A stretch of DNA of 48,168 nucleotides. Origin: Candidatus Altiarchaeales archaeon. GTDB taxonomy: Archaea > Altiarchaeota > Altiarchaeia > IMC4 > SCGC-AAA252-I15. The stretch lies in the NCBI GenBank assembly GCA_014727915.1, contig WJMO01000010.1, positions 1 through 48,168 of the forward strand. Direction: 5' to 3'. Below, piece after piece: positions 9,182 through 18,474 of this stretch. The translations under genes were made by a program, and so were the position numbers. The notes under the pieces were generated by a model. The model was not told where the DNA came from. It searched no databases and was given only the letters and a program-made list of their open reading frames with translations. Position 1 is the stretch's first letter. Every line of letters starts with the position of its first letter.

Positions 9182-9200
9182 GTTGGATAATTTATCCAAC
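9182..9200. promoter_or_regulatory. Perfect 19-bp palindrome GTTGGATAA-T-TTATCCAAC, putative operator
   Basis: Exact 9-bp inverted repeat immediately after a TATA-like AATATAAA (9173-9180) in the divergent ecfT/DUF4430 promoter region. Confidence 0.7.
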
Positions 9201-9219
9201 ATGTTTTGGTGATCTGGAA

Positions 9220-10149
9220 ATGAACGGAAAAACAACAATTATAGGGTTTTTGATGCTAATCCTGGCAGGGTCAGCCTGCGCAGCCCGGGTGGGGGTGGTG
9301 GCCGACAACGGGGAAGGCAGGATAACAGAGGCCTGCTATGAAGTGGGCGAAGGGGAGCCCCTGGACTTCCTATGCGACAAACCGAACTACAGATGCGACG
9401 ACTACGGATGGGGCAAGATGGTAACCCACATAGACGGAGACGACTGCCCGTGGGTGCCAGACAGCAAATGGTGGGCGCTATTCAAAGACGGAAAATCGAG
9501 CATGGTAGGCATAAGCGACATAACCGCAGAGGACGGGACGCTCATAGGCTGGAGGTGCGGGCAGGGAGAGGAACCAGAAAGCACTGCAACCTTCTGTGAC
9601 ATATGCGGGTGCGGGGGAGGCCTTGCAAAGGTCATACTGCCCGTGATGGGAATGGCAGTCGCGCCAGAAGCCCCGACAGTAGATGAAAGGATAACGATCA
9701 AGCTGACCGACGAGAAATCCGACAAGCCGGTTAGGAACGCTGTAGTGGAGGTGTTCGACGGAGTCGCAGGAGTCACGGCACCGCTGTTCGAAGGCGACAC
9801 CGGCAATACGGGCGAGGTGGAGTTCAGCATAGACGAGCCAGGCGAGTACACCATCCGAGTCACGGGGACCAAGTACGAGCACGAATACCAGACCCTCAAG
9901 GTCGACGACACTACCACGACAACAACGACCTCAAGCACGACAACAACATCCACGACAGCAACGACGACAACATCCACGACAACGACCTACAATCCCCCAA
10001 GGCACTTCCTGTTGAAGGAGACTACCACGACGTTGAAGCCGACCACCACGACATCAGAGGAGGAGCCGAAAATCATCGGGAACGCCATAGAACCACAGCC
10101 GAAAAAGAACGGCGGCCTCATCGCATGGATACTGAGCTTCTTCGGCTAA
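9220..10149 (+). CDS. Secreted/surface protein with DUF4430 (transcobalamin C-terminal-like) domain, Ig-like domain and Thr-rich linker
   Basis: Signal peptide MNGKTTIIGFLMLILAGSACA; YGWGKMVTHIDG...WWALFKDGKSSMVGISDITAEDGTLIGW matches the DUF4430 pattern; C-terminal amphipathic IAWILSFFG. Start ATG 9220. Confidence 0.75.
   Translation: MNGKTTIIGFLMLILAGSACAARVGVVADNGEGRITEACYEVGEGEPLDFLCDKPNYRCDDYGWGKMVTHIDGDDCPWVPDSKWWALFKDGKSSMVGISDITAEDGTLIGWRCGQGEEPESTATFCDICGCGGGLAKVILPVMGMAVAPEAPTVDERITIKLTDEKSDKPVRNAVVEVFDGVAGVTAPLFEGDTGNTGEVEFSIDEPGEYTIRVTGTKYEHEYQTLKVDDTTTTTTTSSTTTTSTTATTTTSTTTTYNPPRHFLLKETTTTLKPTTTTSEEEPKIIGNAIEPQPKKNGGLIAWILSFFG
9910..9987 (+). repeat. Low-complexity Thr/Ser coding tract
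   Basis: ACG/ACA/ACC codon run encoding TTTTTTTSSTTTTSTTATTTTSTTTT; ACAACATCCACGACA occurs twice. Confidence 0.8.
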
Positions 10150-11330
10150 TGGCGAGCCTGCCGGGTTCGCTTACGAAGCGTGCGCCTGAACATTATGGGA
10201 GAGACTACCGCGGCGATTATGGTCATCGCAACAATAGCCGAGAATATCTCGTCCGATATAAGGTTGTTCACCCGGGCTATGTTGGCTATTACCAGCTCCA
10301 CCGCACCCCGGGGGTTGATCCCCCACCCCATAAGACCCCGGTCCAGCCTGTGCATGTGAAACCTGGAACCTGTGAGCTGGGCAGCCACGATCTTCCCCGA
10401 CAAACCCAGGAACACGAAAGGGACTATCAGATACAGCAGGTCCCCGACCATGGTTATGTCAAAGTTCATCCCGACATATATGAAGAAGAACGGCACAACC
10501 AAGCCGAAGGTTACGGTTGAAAGGCTGTCAACTATCTCCTTCTCCTCCCGCCGGTTCTTGATGGTTATCTGGATGATGACACCAGCGACGAACGCGCCGA
10601 TGACAGAGCTCAAGTCGAAGATGTTCGAAAGCATCACGATGAACAAGCCGAAGATGACCGCGAGGCTGAAGACAGCAGCCTCGCTCTTCTCCTTCCAAAC
10701 CGCCTTCGCAGCCCTTGGCAACACCAGAATCCCGATAAGATAGGACAACGCGATGAACGTGAGGAAATCCCCGGGTATGTCGGTCAGATCAGTCACACCA
10801 CCTCCCTGCACGACCGCGATGACCGCAGCCAGCGACAGCACACCAAGGAAATCATCTATCATCCCCGCCTCCATTATGGTAGACCCCAAACTGGTCTTCA
10901 GCATGTCATACTCCAGGAGTATGTCGGTGGTCACAGCCTCAGCGCTGATGGCAAGGCAGATGCCCACGATGACCGCAGTAAGAAAGTCAAATCCCAGAAG
11001 TCGCATGAACGAGAAGCCAAGGACCAGAGGTATCAGATAACCCAGGAAAGCGAGGTAGAACGCCCTCTTGCTCACCCTCTTAAGGTGGTGGACCCTCACC
11101 TCCAAGCCCACAAGCAACAAGAGGAAAACCACCCCCAAGTCGCCAAGGTACTGTATGAACGAAAGAGCGCCTCTGTTGAAGTACACCCTTATGAAAGGCA
11201 AACCCAAGAAGACGCCCGCCAGTATGTGACCGACAACCCTCGGATATCCCAGCCTGTAGAAGAGCTCGGAGAGGATGAACGCAACGGTCAAACACACGGT
11301 GAAAATGGTGAGGATGGACTCCATCAACAT
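10146..11330 (-). CDS. Cation:proton antiporter (CPA2/NapA-like)
   Basis: About 12 TM helices; LGVVFLLLLVGLE, MIDDFLG, IGAFVAG, PRGAVELVIA. Confidence 0.92.
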   Translation of the reverse strand: MLMESILTIFTVCLTVAFILSELFYRLGYPRVVGHILAGVFLGLPFIRVYFNRGALSFIQYLGDLGVVFLLLLVGLEVRVHHLKRVSKRAFYLAFLGYLIPLVLGFSFMRLLGFDFLTAVIVGICLAISAEAVTTDILLEYDMLKTSLGSTIMEAGMIDDFLGVLSLAAVIAVVQGGGVTDLTDIPGDFLTFIALSYLIGILVLPRAAKAVWKEKSEAAVFSLAVIFGLFIVMLSNIFDLSSVIGAFVAGVIIQITIKNRREEKEIVDSLSTVTFGLVVPFFFIYVGMNFDITMVGDLLYLIVPFVFLGLSGKIVAAQLTGSRFHMHRLDRGLMGWGINPRGAVELVIANIARVNNLISDEIFSAIVAMTIIAAVVSPIMFRRTLRKRTRQARH

Positions 11331-11374
11331 CTAATTAAGAATAGCTTTTTATATCCGTCAGACCATTTCATACC

Positions 11375-12700
11375 ATGAAAGTCTTGGTGGTCGGCAACGG
11401 AGCAAGGGAGCACGCCATAGCAGCGGCGCTGGCAAGGAGCCCTCAGAAACCCACACTCTATGCGTTCATGTCCGCGTTGAACCCTGGAATAAAGGAACTG
11501 GTCAAGGACTACAGGCTAGGGGACACATGCAACCCCGGAGAAGTCGGAGAATACGCGAGCGAATCGGGCATCGAACTCGCGGTCATAGGCCCCGAAGCGC
11601 CGTTGGCTGCGGGAGTGGTAGACGCCCTGGAAGACCAGGGGATCCTATGCGCTGGCCCGAGGCAGGCAGCCGCCCAGATAGAGACGGACAAGAGCTTCGC
11701 CAGGGGGCTTATGAAAGACCACAAGCTGAAGGGCACCCCCGAGGTGGGCATATTCGAGGACGCGGAGGAAGCGTGCAAGTACCTGGAAGAATACGGCGGG
11801 GACATGGCAGTAAAGCCCGCAGGTTTGACAGGCGGCAAGGGCGTCAAGATAATGGGCGAGCACTTCGACCTCGAAGGCGCGAAAGAATACATACGGGAGA
11901 TATTCGAATCGCAGATGGGGGCCATACCCAAGGTTGTGCTGGAGGAGAGGCTCATAGGCGAGGAGTTCACGTTGCAGGCATTCGTCGACGGCGAGAAGAT
12001 AGTCGGCGTCCCGATGGTACAGGACCACAAACGCGCCTACGAAGGGGACGTGGGACCCAACACCGGAGGGATGGGATCATACTCGGATAGGGGATACGTG
12101 CTCCCCTTCCTGACGCAGGAAGACTACGACAACGCAGTCGGGATAATGGAGGACACCATAAAAGCCATCAGAGAAGAGACTGGATTCCCGTACAAGGGGT
12201 TCCTCTACGGCCAGTTCATGGCCACAGACGACGGGGTGAAAGTCATAGAATACAACGCCAGGCTCGGAGACCCTGAGGCGATGAACACACTGTCAATACT
12301 GGAATCGGACATGCTTGACATATGCTTGAAGATGGCCGACGGCGGACTGGAAGAAAATGTAAAGTTCAGCGACAAGGCCACAGTATGCAAGTACCTCGTG
12401 CCGGAGGGATATCCGGAGAAGCCGCTGAAGGACGTTGAAGTAACCATCGACAAGGAGCAGGTTGACAAGCTGGGAGGTATACTATACTACGCGAGCGTAC
12501 GCGAAGAGGACGGTAAGATACTCACCTCGTCCTCGAGGGCCATCGCAGTCGTCGGAGTCGCAGACACCATAGCAGAAGCGGAGAAAGTAGCCCAAGAGTG
12601 CATGGAACACATAAAGGGGAGACTATTCCACCGGCGGGACATTGGCACGGCCGCTCTCATACAGAAGCGACACAGCCACATGAAAGAACTGAGAGGCTAG
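11375..12700 (+). CDS. purD: Phosphoribosylamine-glycine ligase
   Basis: GNGAREHA, IGPEAPL, GGKGV, QDHKRAYEGDVGPNTGGMG, EYNARLGDPE. Confidence 0.97.
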   Translation: MKVLVVGNGAREHAIAAALARSPQKPTLYAFMSALNPGIKELVKDYRLGDTCNPGEVGEYASESGIELAVIGPEAPLAAGVVDALEDQGILCAGPRQAAAQIETDKSFARGLMKDHKLKGTPEVGIFEDAEEACKYLEEYGGDMAVKPAGLTGGKGVKIMGEHFDLEGAKEYIREIFESQMGAIPKVVLEERLIGEEFTLQAFVDGEKIVGVPMVQDHKRAYEGDVGPNTGGMGSYSDRGYVLPFLTQEDYDNAVGIMEDTIKAIREETGFPYKGFLYGQFMATDDGVKVIEYNARLGDPEAMNTLSILESDMLDICLKMADGGLEENVKFSDKATVCKYLVPEGYPEKPLKDVEVTIDKEQVDKLGGILYYASVREEDGKILTSSSRAIAVVGVADTIAEAEKVAQECMEHIKGRLFHRRDIGTAALIQKRHSHMKELRG

Positions 12701-12919
12701 TCATTCTTTCACCAAACCTACCAGCAGCACGGCAACCCCGCCGACCAGCAGGTGAGGCTTGAACTCCTCAAACACTCCCCTAGCCATCTCTATGTACGTG
12801 TTGAAGCCGTCTGTCACGAAGTAGGCGGCGGCCACTCCGAACAATGCCACCAGGAACAGCATCCCCAACAACGCACCCAGCTGGTCCAAAGCCGTCCGGG
12901 AGAACCTGTACAATATCAT
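12701..12919 (-). CDS. Small two-TM membrane protein
   Basis: 72 aa with two hydrophobic helices; fills the gap exactly between purD and the upstream ORF. Confidence 0.65.
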   Translation of the reverse strand: MILYRFSRTALDQLGALLGMLFLVALFGVAAAYFVTDGFNTYIEMARGVFEEFKPHLLVGGVAVLLVGLVKE

Positions 12920-12921
12920 CG

Positions 12922-13851
12922 TTACGACCTTGGTATTATGTCTTTAATACCGTTGAATCCTCGTTGGCCGTCACCGTTCCACGCCGTCGAAGTGCACCTG
13001 ACGGTCGTGCGTATCACATCCCAGGGGCTGTCTGTCTGGGATATCTCCGAGGCGCCCGGGGCACCGAGGAACGCATCCCCAAGCCAACCCTCATAGGCTG
13101 CGCCAACACCCTTAAGAGCGTCCTCTGCCGGGCTGCCCTCATGTCTTCTGATAAGATGATCTACCGAAAGCTTCGTCAGCGAATAGGCGCGATGAGCCCA
13201 TGCCTCCGCCCTGGGCAGGGCATCAGCGCTGCCTCTCGCATCAAGGTTCGAGTACCTGGCCTGCAAGGCAGCCAACGTCCTCAAACCCAAGCCGCTCCTC
13301 AAATCCTCGACCCTGCCCCCTGAGATCATCGCATCAGATGTCTTGTCCCATGTGTGGGTCAGCTCGCTCAGGACGGCGTCGCCCAGGCTCCAAACCGGCT
13401 TCGGGTTGGATATCATCTCCGCAGAACCCGTTTCAGCCTGGGAGCCGACCGAAGACCTGAGCCTATCCCATGCCCTGCCCGACTCCGAAAGGACCGTGTC
13501 GACCAGGTCAGCGGGCGCCATATCCGGCGTAATAGCCTCTGCTTCACGGAACTGGCTGTCACCCAACCGCCGCTCATATTCTCTCCCAACATCCCGGACC
13601 TCATAGCCCCGCTCTGCAAAGAATGCGACCGCCTCTGAGGTGACCGCCCGGACGGCCCGGACCGCGTCAAAGGCTGTTTCAAAATCACCCCTCTTCGAGG
13701 ATTCTCCCGCGACCTCGAACACGTCGGACAAGCCGAAACGCTCATGCAATGCGGTGACCTCCCCCTCCGCCAGAGCGCGAGCCTGCCTCACGCCCTCGCC
13801 GAGAGCCCTTCCCATGGCATCGTCACCCTGCCGCCTGTGACCCTGGGGCAT
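12922..13851 (-). CDS. Hypothetical protein, predicted mostly alpha-helical
   Basis: Long ORF with genome-typical codon use; start taken at ATG 13851 (MPQGHR); no motif recognised. Confidence 0.65.
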   Translation of the reverse strand: MPQGHRRQGDDAMGRALGEGVRQARALAEGEVTALHERFGLSDVFEVAGESSKRGDFETAFDAVRAVRAVTSEAVAFFAERGYEVRDVGREYERRLGDSQFREAEAITPDMAPADLVDTVLSESGRAWDRLRSSVGSQAETGSAEMISNPKPVWSLGDAVLSELTHTWDKTSDAMISGGRVEDLRSGLGLRTLAALQARYSNLDARGSADALPRAEAWAHRAYSLTKLSVDHLIRRHEGSPAEDALKGVGAAYEGWLGDAFLGAPGASEISQTDSPWDVIRTTVRCTSTAWNGDGQRGFNGIKDIIPRS

Positions 13852-13973
13852 AAAAGAGGATAGGGAAGCCCACGATAAAAACAATTTTGAATATTTTCAG
13901 AATAGTTTAAACAAATCTTTAAACAGTTTCGAACATGCTTTTCTCCCCGTACTTCCCAGATATTAGCTATAAT

Positions 13974-15068
13974 ATGAAGCATGTGCAGGTCGTGGGAGGG
14001 GGTATGCCCGGCCCGTTGGCAGCCGAGTCAACCAAGTTCACAGAATATGAGTTTGGCAAGGCCAGGGCCTATGCGCTGCCAGGAGCTGAAGAATACACGG
14101 AAACCCTCGACCCTAGAGGCTGGGATAGGAAGGGGAAGACGAGTAAACGTAGGTCGGAGAGGGTGACAGCCGCCGGCGGTGTGGAGCTTGTCGTGAGGTC
14201 CGTGAGGACAGGAGATGATGTTGTCGCAGAGAGCTTCGCGGAGGAGTTCCCCCGCCCGAGCGCGTCAGAGAACGTGAGAAAAGCGGATTTCATACACCGG
14301 AACCTCAGGTATGAGGATGGTGAGCTGGTAATCCGGGCGGAGCGGCCGCTAGGGTACGTGCGCCACGCGGACGGGAGGGAGGAGGAAGTCTACCTCGCAT
14401 GGGAGGACATCCTAAGGCAGTACCGGGATGTCGAACCAGGTGAGAGGGAGCAGGCGGACCGGGCGTGGGACAGGTACCGTGAGATAAAACGGGACCTTAA
14501 CGGGTTCAGGTTCGTCGACACCGACATGATAGAGAAGGACGACAACGTCCTCTTCGGGACTGACGGGCGCGGTAGGGCGGTTGTGTTCAAGAAGGACAGC
14601 GAGTACACGAGGGTCGTCGACCTCGGGATGCTAAGGGAGGACTGCGAGCGAGTGGAGGGTATGATGAGGTCTGTGGGATTCGACCCGTCTGCTGTGGAGG
14701 GCAGGACAGTCTTCAAGTCGATCGCCGGCCATGGCGTCGCAGAGCGGCTGATAGACGCGACCACGTTGATGAGCCCGATACAATCACAGGAGATGCTCAG
14801 CCCTCAGGTGGCGGGAGAACTTGTCATGGCCTCTTGGGAGCACTCCAGGCATGATCCGGCGGAGTTCATGCAGACCCTGACAACCGCTCTGTCAGACGCG
14901 CGGGAGATAGTTCCGGAGCAGAGGTGCGACTTCATAAGAGCAAACACCCAGGCTATAAGGGACGCGCAAGGAGACGGGAACGAACTTCTAAGACGGCGGG
15001 CGGGCGTCAAGGGTTTCAAGAGGATAAGGGCCGTGGGAACCGAGAAGGGAGACCTGCTGTGGGGCTAG
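13974..15068 (+). CDS. Hypothetical protein, possible divergent protein-kinase-like fold
   Basis: Start ATG 13974; ELVVR, IRAERPLGYV, VYLAWED, FVDTDMIEKDDNVLF, VFKKDSE occur in kinase-subdomain order. Confidence 0.65.
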   Translation: MKHVQVVGGGMPGPLAAESTKFTEYEFGKARAYALPGAEEYTETLDPRGWDRKGKTSKRRSERVTAAGGVELVVRSVRTGDDVVAESFAEEFPRPSASENVRKADFIHRNLRYEDGELVIRAERPLGYVRHADGREEEVYLAWEDILRQYRDVEPGEREQADRAWDRYREIKRDLNGFRFVDTDMIEKDDNVLFGTDGRGRAVVFKKDSEYTRVVDLGMLREDCERVEGMMRSVGFDPSAVEGRTVFKSIAGHGVAERLIDATTLMSPIQSQEMLSPQVAGELVMASWEHSRHDPAEFMQTLTTALSDAREIVPEQRCDFIRANTQAIRDAQGDGNELLRRRAGVKGFKRIRAVGTEKGDLLWG

Positions 15069-15463
15069 ACGCATACTCTGCAGGGAACCCTATCGGCTGG
15101 CGCGGAGTCATAGCATAGTAGGTTCTTCTCTGATATCTTCGCCGCCCACTCGCAGCCGCATGAGTGGTATTTGTCGCTGTTACGGGAAGCAACAAACTTG
15201 GTCCCCTCAGGACAGCCCAATGCGACGCATGGGTCGGTTGAAAGCTGGTAGTCGAGTCGGACGTCGTCTTCCGAGTTGCCTGAGATGCCGCACGATGGGC
15301 ATTCGCAGTCGGGACATATGCAATCCGGGCACACTCTCTCATGCCCCACGCAGTCGCCAGGGGAATCGACAACCCAACCGTCCGAGCAGACGAAATTCTC
15401 CTCTATCACGGTCTGCTGGAGGCATCCGGAGAACAGGAGCATGAGCATGAGGGAATATCGCAT
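15065..15463 (-). CDS. Cys-rich lipoprotein with Ada-like metal-binding C-terminal domain
   Basis: Start ATG 15463 MRYSLMLMLLFSGC (lipobox); CPDCICPDCECPSC; FVASRNSDKYHSCGC...PCRVC. Confidence 0.75.
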   Translation of the reverse strand: MRYSLMLMLLFSGCLQQTVIEENFVCSDGWVVDSPGDCVGHERVCPDCICPDCECPSCGISGNSEDDVRLDYQLSTDPCVALGCPEGTKFVASRNSDKYHSCGCEWAAKISEKNLLCYDSAPADRVPCRVCV

Positions 15464-15496
15464 GATTATAAAACGAAGACGCTGTAAATAAAACCA

Positions 15497-16720
15497 ATGA
15501 GGGTGCTGACCTACGGGTGCGCCACCAACCAGGCGGACAGCGAGATCATCCGGGGAGTTTTGAGGGAGCATGGGCTGGACCGTGAGGAGGTGGTGGTGGT
15601 GAACACCTGCACCGTGAAGAGCCCCACGGAGAACAAGATACTGAAGAAGATGCGGAAGCTGGGTGCGGACGGCGAGAAAGTGGTGGTTGCGGGTTGCATG
15701 CCACCAGCCCGGCCCGGGATAGTCGATGAGTTCCCCACTTTCAGCTTCATAGGCGTGAACACCCACGACATCGTGGAAGCGGTGTCAGCGACGGCTAAGG
15801 GGGAGAGGTACGTCAACATCAGGGGGTCAGAGAACAAGTCCTGCATGCCCCGGGTAAGAGCCAACGAGGCGGTGGGGATACTTCCTATAGGGGAGGGGTG
15901 CCTGGGGTCCTGCTCCTACTGCCAGACCAAGTTCGCGCGCGGCAACCTGAGATCATACCCTCTGGATAAGCTGGCGGGTGAAGTAGAGAGGATGGTCGGC
16001 GAGGGCGTGCGGGAGGTGTGGATGACCTCCCAGGACACGGGAGCGTATGGGAGGGACATTGGGTCTGGCCTGCCGGAATTGCTGAAGAGCATATGCGGGG
16101 TGGACGGCGACTTCAAGGTGAGGGTGGGTATGATGAACCCCGACCACGCGCTGAAAATGTTGGAGGATCTGGTTGGCGCGTTCGATGATGATAAGATGTA
16201 CAGGTTCCTCCACATCCCGGTGCAGAGCGGGTCGGACAAGGTCCTGGAGGACATGAACAGGAGGTACACGGTCGAGGACTTCCACAGTATTGTAGACAGG
16301 GTGGGTGACTTCACACTATCCACTGACGTGATAGTGGGGTACCCCACTGAGGGCGAAAGCGAATTTCAGGAGACTGTGAGTTTGATAGAGGATGTGAAGC
16401 CGGACGTGCTGAACGTGTCACGCTACTGGCCCCGGCCGGGGACGAGGGCCGCTAGACTTAAGGGGCATCCCGGGTCGGAGACGAAGAGACGGAGCAGGAT
16501 AATGGATGAGGTGTTCCAGCGGGTCGGATTGGAAAAGAACAAAAAATGGATCGGGTGGAGGGGCCCTGCACTGGTGAGCGAAGCCAACCCTGACGGGACG
16601 GTGACTGCGAGGAACCAACACTACAAGCCCATAGTAGCCAAAGGGGGGAGGTTGGGTGAGAGCATTGATGTTGAAGTAAGGGACTGCACATACTATGACC
16701 TCAGAGGCTCTCTACTCTGA
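15497..16720 (+). CDS. mtaB: MiaB-like tRNA methylthiotransferase, archaeal e-MtaB type
   Basis: UPF0004 domain (GCATN, NTCTVK, AGC), radical SAM CLGSCSYC, SQDTGAYG, HIPVQSGS, C-terminal TRAM domain. Confidence 0.9.
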   Translation: MRVLTYGCATNQADSEIIRGVLREHGLDREEVVVVNTCTVKSPTENKILKKMRKLGADGEKVVVAGCMPPARPGIVDEFPTFSFIGVNTHDIVEAVSATAKGERYVNIRGSENKSCMPRVRANEAVGILPIGEGCLGSCSYCQTKFARGNLRSYPLDKLAGEVERMVGEGVREVWMTSQDTGAYGRDIGSGLPELLKSICGVDGDFKVRVGMMNPDHALKMLEDLVGAFDDDKMYRFLHIPVQSGSDKVLEDMNRRYTVEDFHSIVDRVGDFTLSTDVIVGYPTEGESEFQETVSLIEDVKPDVLNVSRYWPRPGTRAARLKGHPGSETKRRSRIMDEVFQRVGLEKNKKWIGWRGPALVSEANPDGTVTARNQHYKPIVAKGGRLGESIDVEVRDCTYYDLRGSLL

Positions 16721-17705
16721 AGTCCGCACAATACCGGCTCAGGCAGGGGCTGTAGCTGCCGCATTCGACCGCGTCAAGTATGTCTGGTCTGAGGCCCATT
16801 GCTCCGAGCACTTCCGCCAGGTGGCCTGTCGCCTCCAGCGTGTTATGGGCGAAGGAGTAGTAGTGTATTATGCCGTTGGGGTTCAGCGCCTCCACCGCGA
16901 CGTTCAAAAAAGTGTCGGCCAGCTTCGGCAGGGGCATGATTATACGGTCGAATTTTCCGAGTGAGGGTGTGACTTCACGGGCGTCGCCTTCGACCACGTC
17001 CACGTCCACCCGGTTCTTCCGGACATTCCAGCGCATGTACTCCACCGCCTTCGGGTTCAGCTCCACCGCCGTCACCTTCGCATCCGCGTCTTTGGCTGCG
17101 AGTATCGCATAGGGCCCCACACCCGCGAACAGCACCAGGAGATGCTCTCCCCTGCCCATCTGGTCGACGACCCTCCGGCGTTCCGCAGCCAACCGGGGGC
17201 TGAAATACGCTTCCGAGACATCCAGCTTGTATAGGCAGCCATGCTCCCTATGAAGGGTTTCGGTCCTTTTCTCCCCGGCGATGACCTCGACTGTGGGCGT
17301 CCGGTACTCGCCGGATACCATCTCCGTCTTCAAAGCCACCACCTTCAGGTTACGGAAGGTGTCCATGAGGGCTTCGGCGATGACCTCCCGTTTATCCATT
17401 ATTTTCTCGTCCAATTCCAATACGGCGATGTCGCCGACTATGTTGTAGGATGTGGGCACGTTCGCCAGGTCCTCATCGGATAGCTTTCCTTCCAATGCCT
17501 CCCGGAGGGACCTGGGCTTCCGAGTCTTCAAGGGACCTTCCCGTTCGACGGTCTCGCAGCCTGCAACCTCTATCTTCTTCTTCAAAGGGAAGAGGACATG
17601 GTCGCCTTCGTGGACGATCTCATGTTCCCGTTCTAGCGCATCTTCTCTGATGAGCTTCCGCCTGGCATCCTCCGCAAATTCCCTTTGGACTTTCAGGTAT
17701 TCCAT
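16701..17705 (-). CDS. trm5: Trm5/Tyw2 (Met-10+) family tRNA position-37 methyltransferase
   Basis: SYNIVGDIAVL, ETLHREHG, YFSPRL, FAGVGPY, VELNP, DRIIMPLPK. Confidence 0.88.
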   Translation of the reverse strand: MEYLKVQREFAEDARRKLIREDALEREHEIVHEGDHVLFPLKKKIEVAGCETVEREGPLKTRKPRSLREALEGKLSDEDLANVPTSYNIVGDIAVLELDEKIMDKREVIAEALMDTFRNLKVVALKTEMVSGEYRTPTVEVIAGEKRTETLHREHGCLYKLDVSEAYFSPRLAAERRRVVDQMGRGEHLLVLFAGVGPYAILAAKDADAKVTAVELNPKAVEYMRWNVRKNRVDVDVVEGDAREVTPSLGKFDRIIMPLPKLADTFLNVAVEALNPNGIIHYYSFAHNTLEATGHLAEVLGAMGLRPDILDAVECGSYSPCLSRYCADFRVESL

Positions 17706-18067
17706 ATTATCTCGTTCAGCCAGCAGACGAACACGCCGGCGGTGGCCCCGGCCAGGTCGAGGAACATGTCCACCGTGGAGAAGACCCGGCCTGGCACGAA
17801 GAACTGGTGTATCTCATCTGTTACGCCGTAGAATGTGGCGATGAACAGGACATAGAAAAGGCGGTTGCTGTTGTTGTAGAATATTGGGAACAGTAGGATG
17901 GCCAGTATGAAGTATTCCATGAAGTGGAAGAATCCACTGTAGGGGCTGACGCCACCAGGTATCCCCGAGGACGGTATAGAGGATATGATGAATATGACGC
18001 TCATGTAGGATAATGCAGCCAGTACGTTCAGGTGCCTTCTCTCGCTCATTTGCTTCAGGGGGTTCAT
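17693..18067 (-). CDS. VanZ family membrane protein
   Basis: IFIISSIP, HFMEYFIL, YGVTDEIHQFFVPGR...D motifs. Confidence 0.88.
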   Translation of the reverse strand: MNPLKQMSERRHLNVLAALSYMSVIFIISSIPSSGIPGGVSPYSGFFHFMEYFILAILLFPIFYNNSNRLFYVLFIATFYGVTDEIHQFFVPGRVFSTVDMFLDLAGATAGVFVCWLNEIIWNT

Positions 18068-18474
18068 TGTTTCTTTATCAGGTCCACTATTATCTTGGAG
18101 CTGTGCAATCCGCTCACCCAGTACTTGCCCACCCGCACGACCTTCGTCTTCAACCCCCTGGATTCCAGCTCCGCCTGCAGCTCCTCTTCGTTGAAGTCCT
18201 GGTCGGGTCCCAAAGCGAGAACATCCGGGTTCAATGATTCGATGGTAGAGTACATGTCATCCCCTCCGAGTACCGCGTCGTCAACGGGCTTCAGGGACTT
18301 GACCATGTGCAAACGCTGCTCTGCGGATATGACCGGCCGGCGCTTCCGCTCCTGGGCGGTCTCATCCCTCGCCACAACCACTACAAGCCTATCTCCGAGT
18401 TTGCGGGCCTCCTCCAAGTACATGAGATGCCCGGGGTGGAGTATCTCGAACACCCCAGTAGCCACAACCAACAT
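18064..18474 (-). CDS. ribL: Archaeal FAD synthase (cytidylyltransferase family)
   Basis: VATGVFEILHPGH, LVVVVARD, SLKPVDDAVLG, LGPDQ, SSKI; start ATG 18474. Confidence 0.82.
   Translation of the reverse strand: MLVVATGVFEILHPGHLMYLEEARKLGDRLVVVVARDETAQERKRRPVISAEQRLHMVKSLKPVDDAVLGGDDMYSTIESLNPDVLALGPDQDFNEEELQAELESRGLKTKVVRVGKYWVSGLHSSKIIVDLIKKQ

Noticed and set aside
9153-9219. Cobalamin riboswitch at the ECF locus
   Set aside because: Intergenic space is too short and lacks a B12 box.
15464-15766. N-terminal extension of the lipoprotein ORF
   Set aside because: Antisense to mtaB; the lipobox signal peptide starts at 15463.
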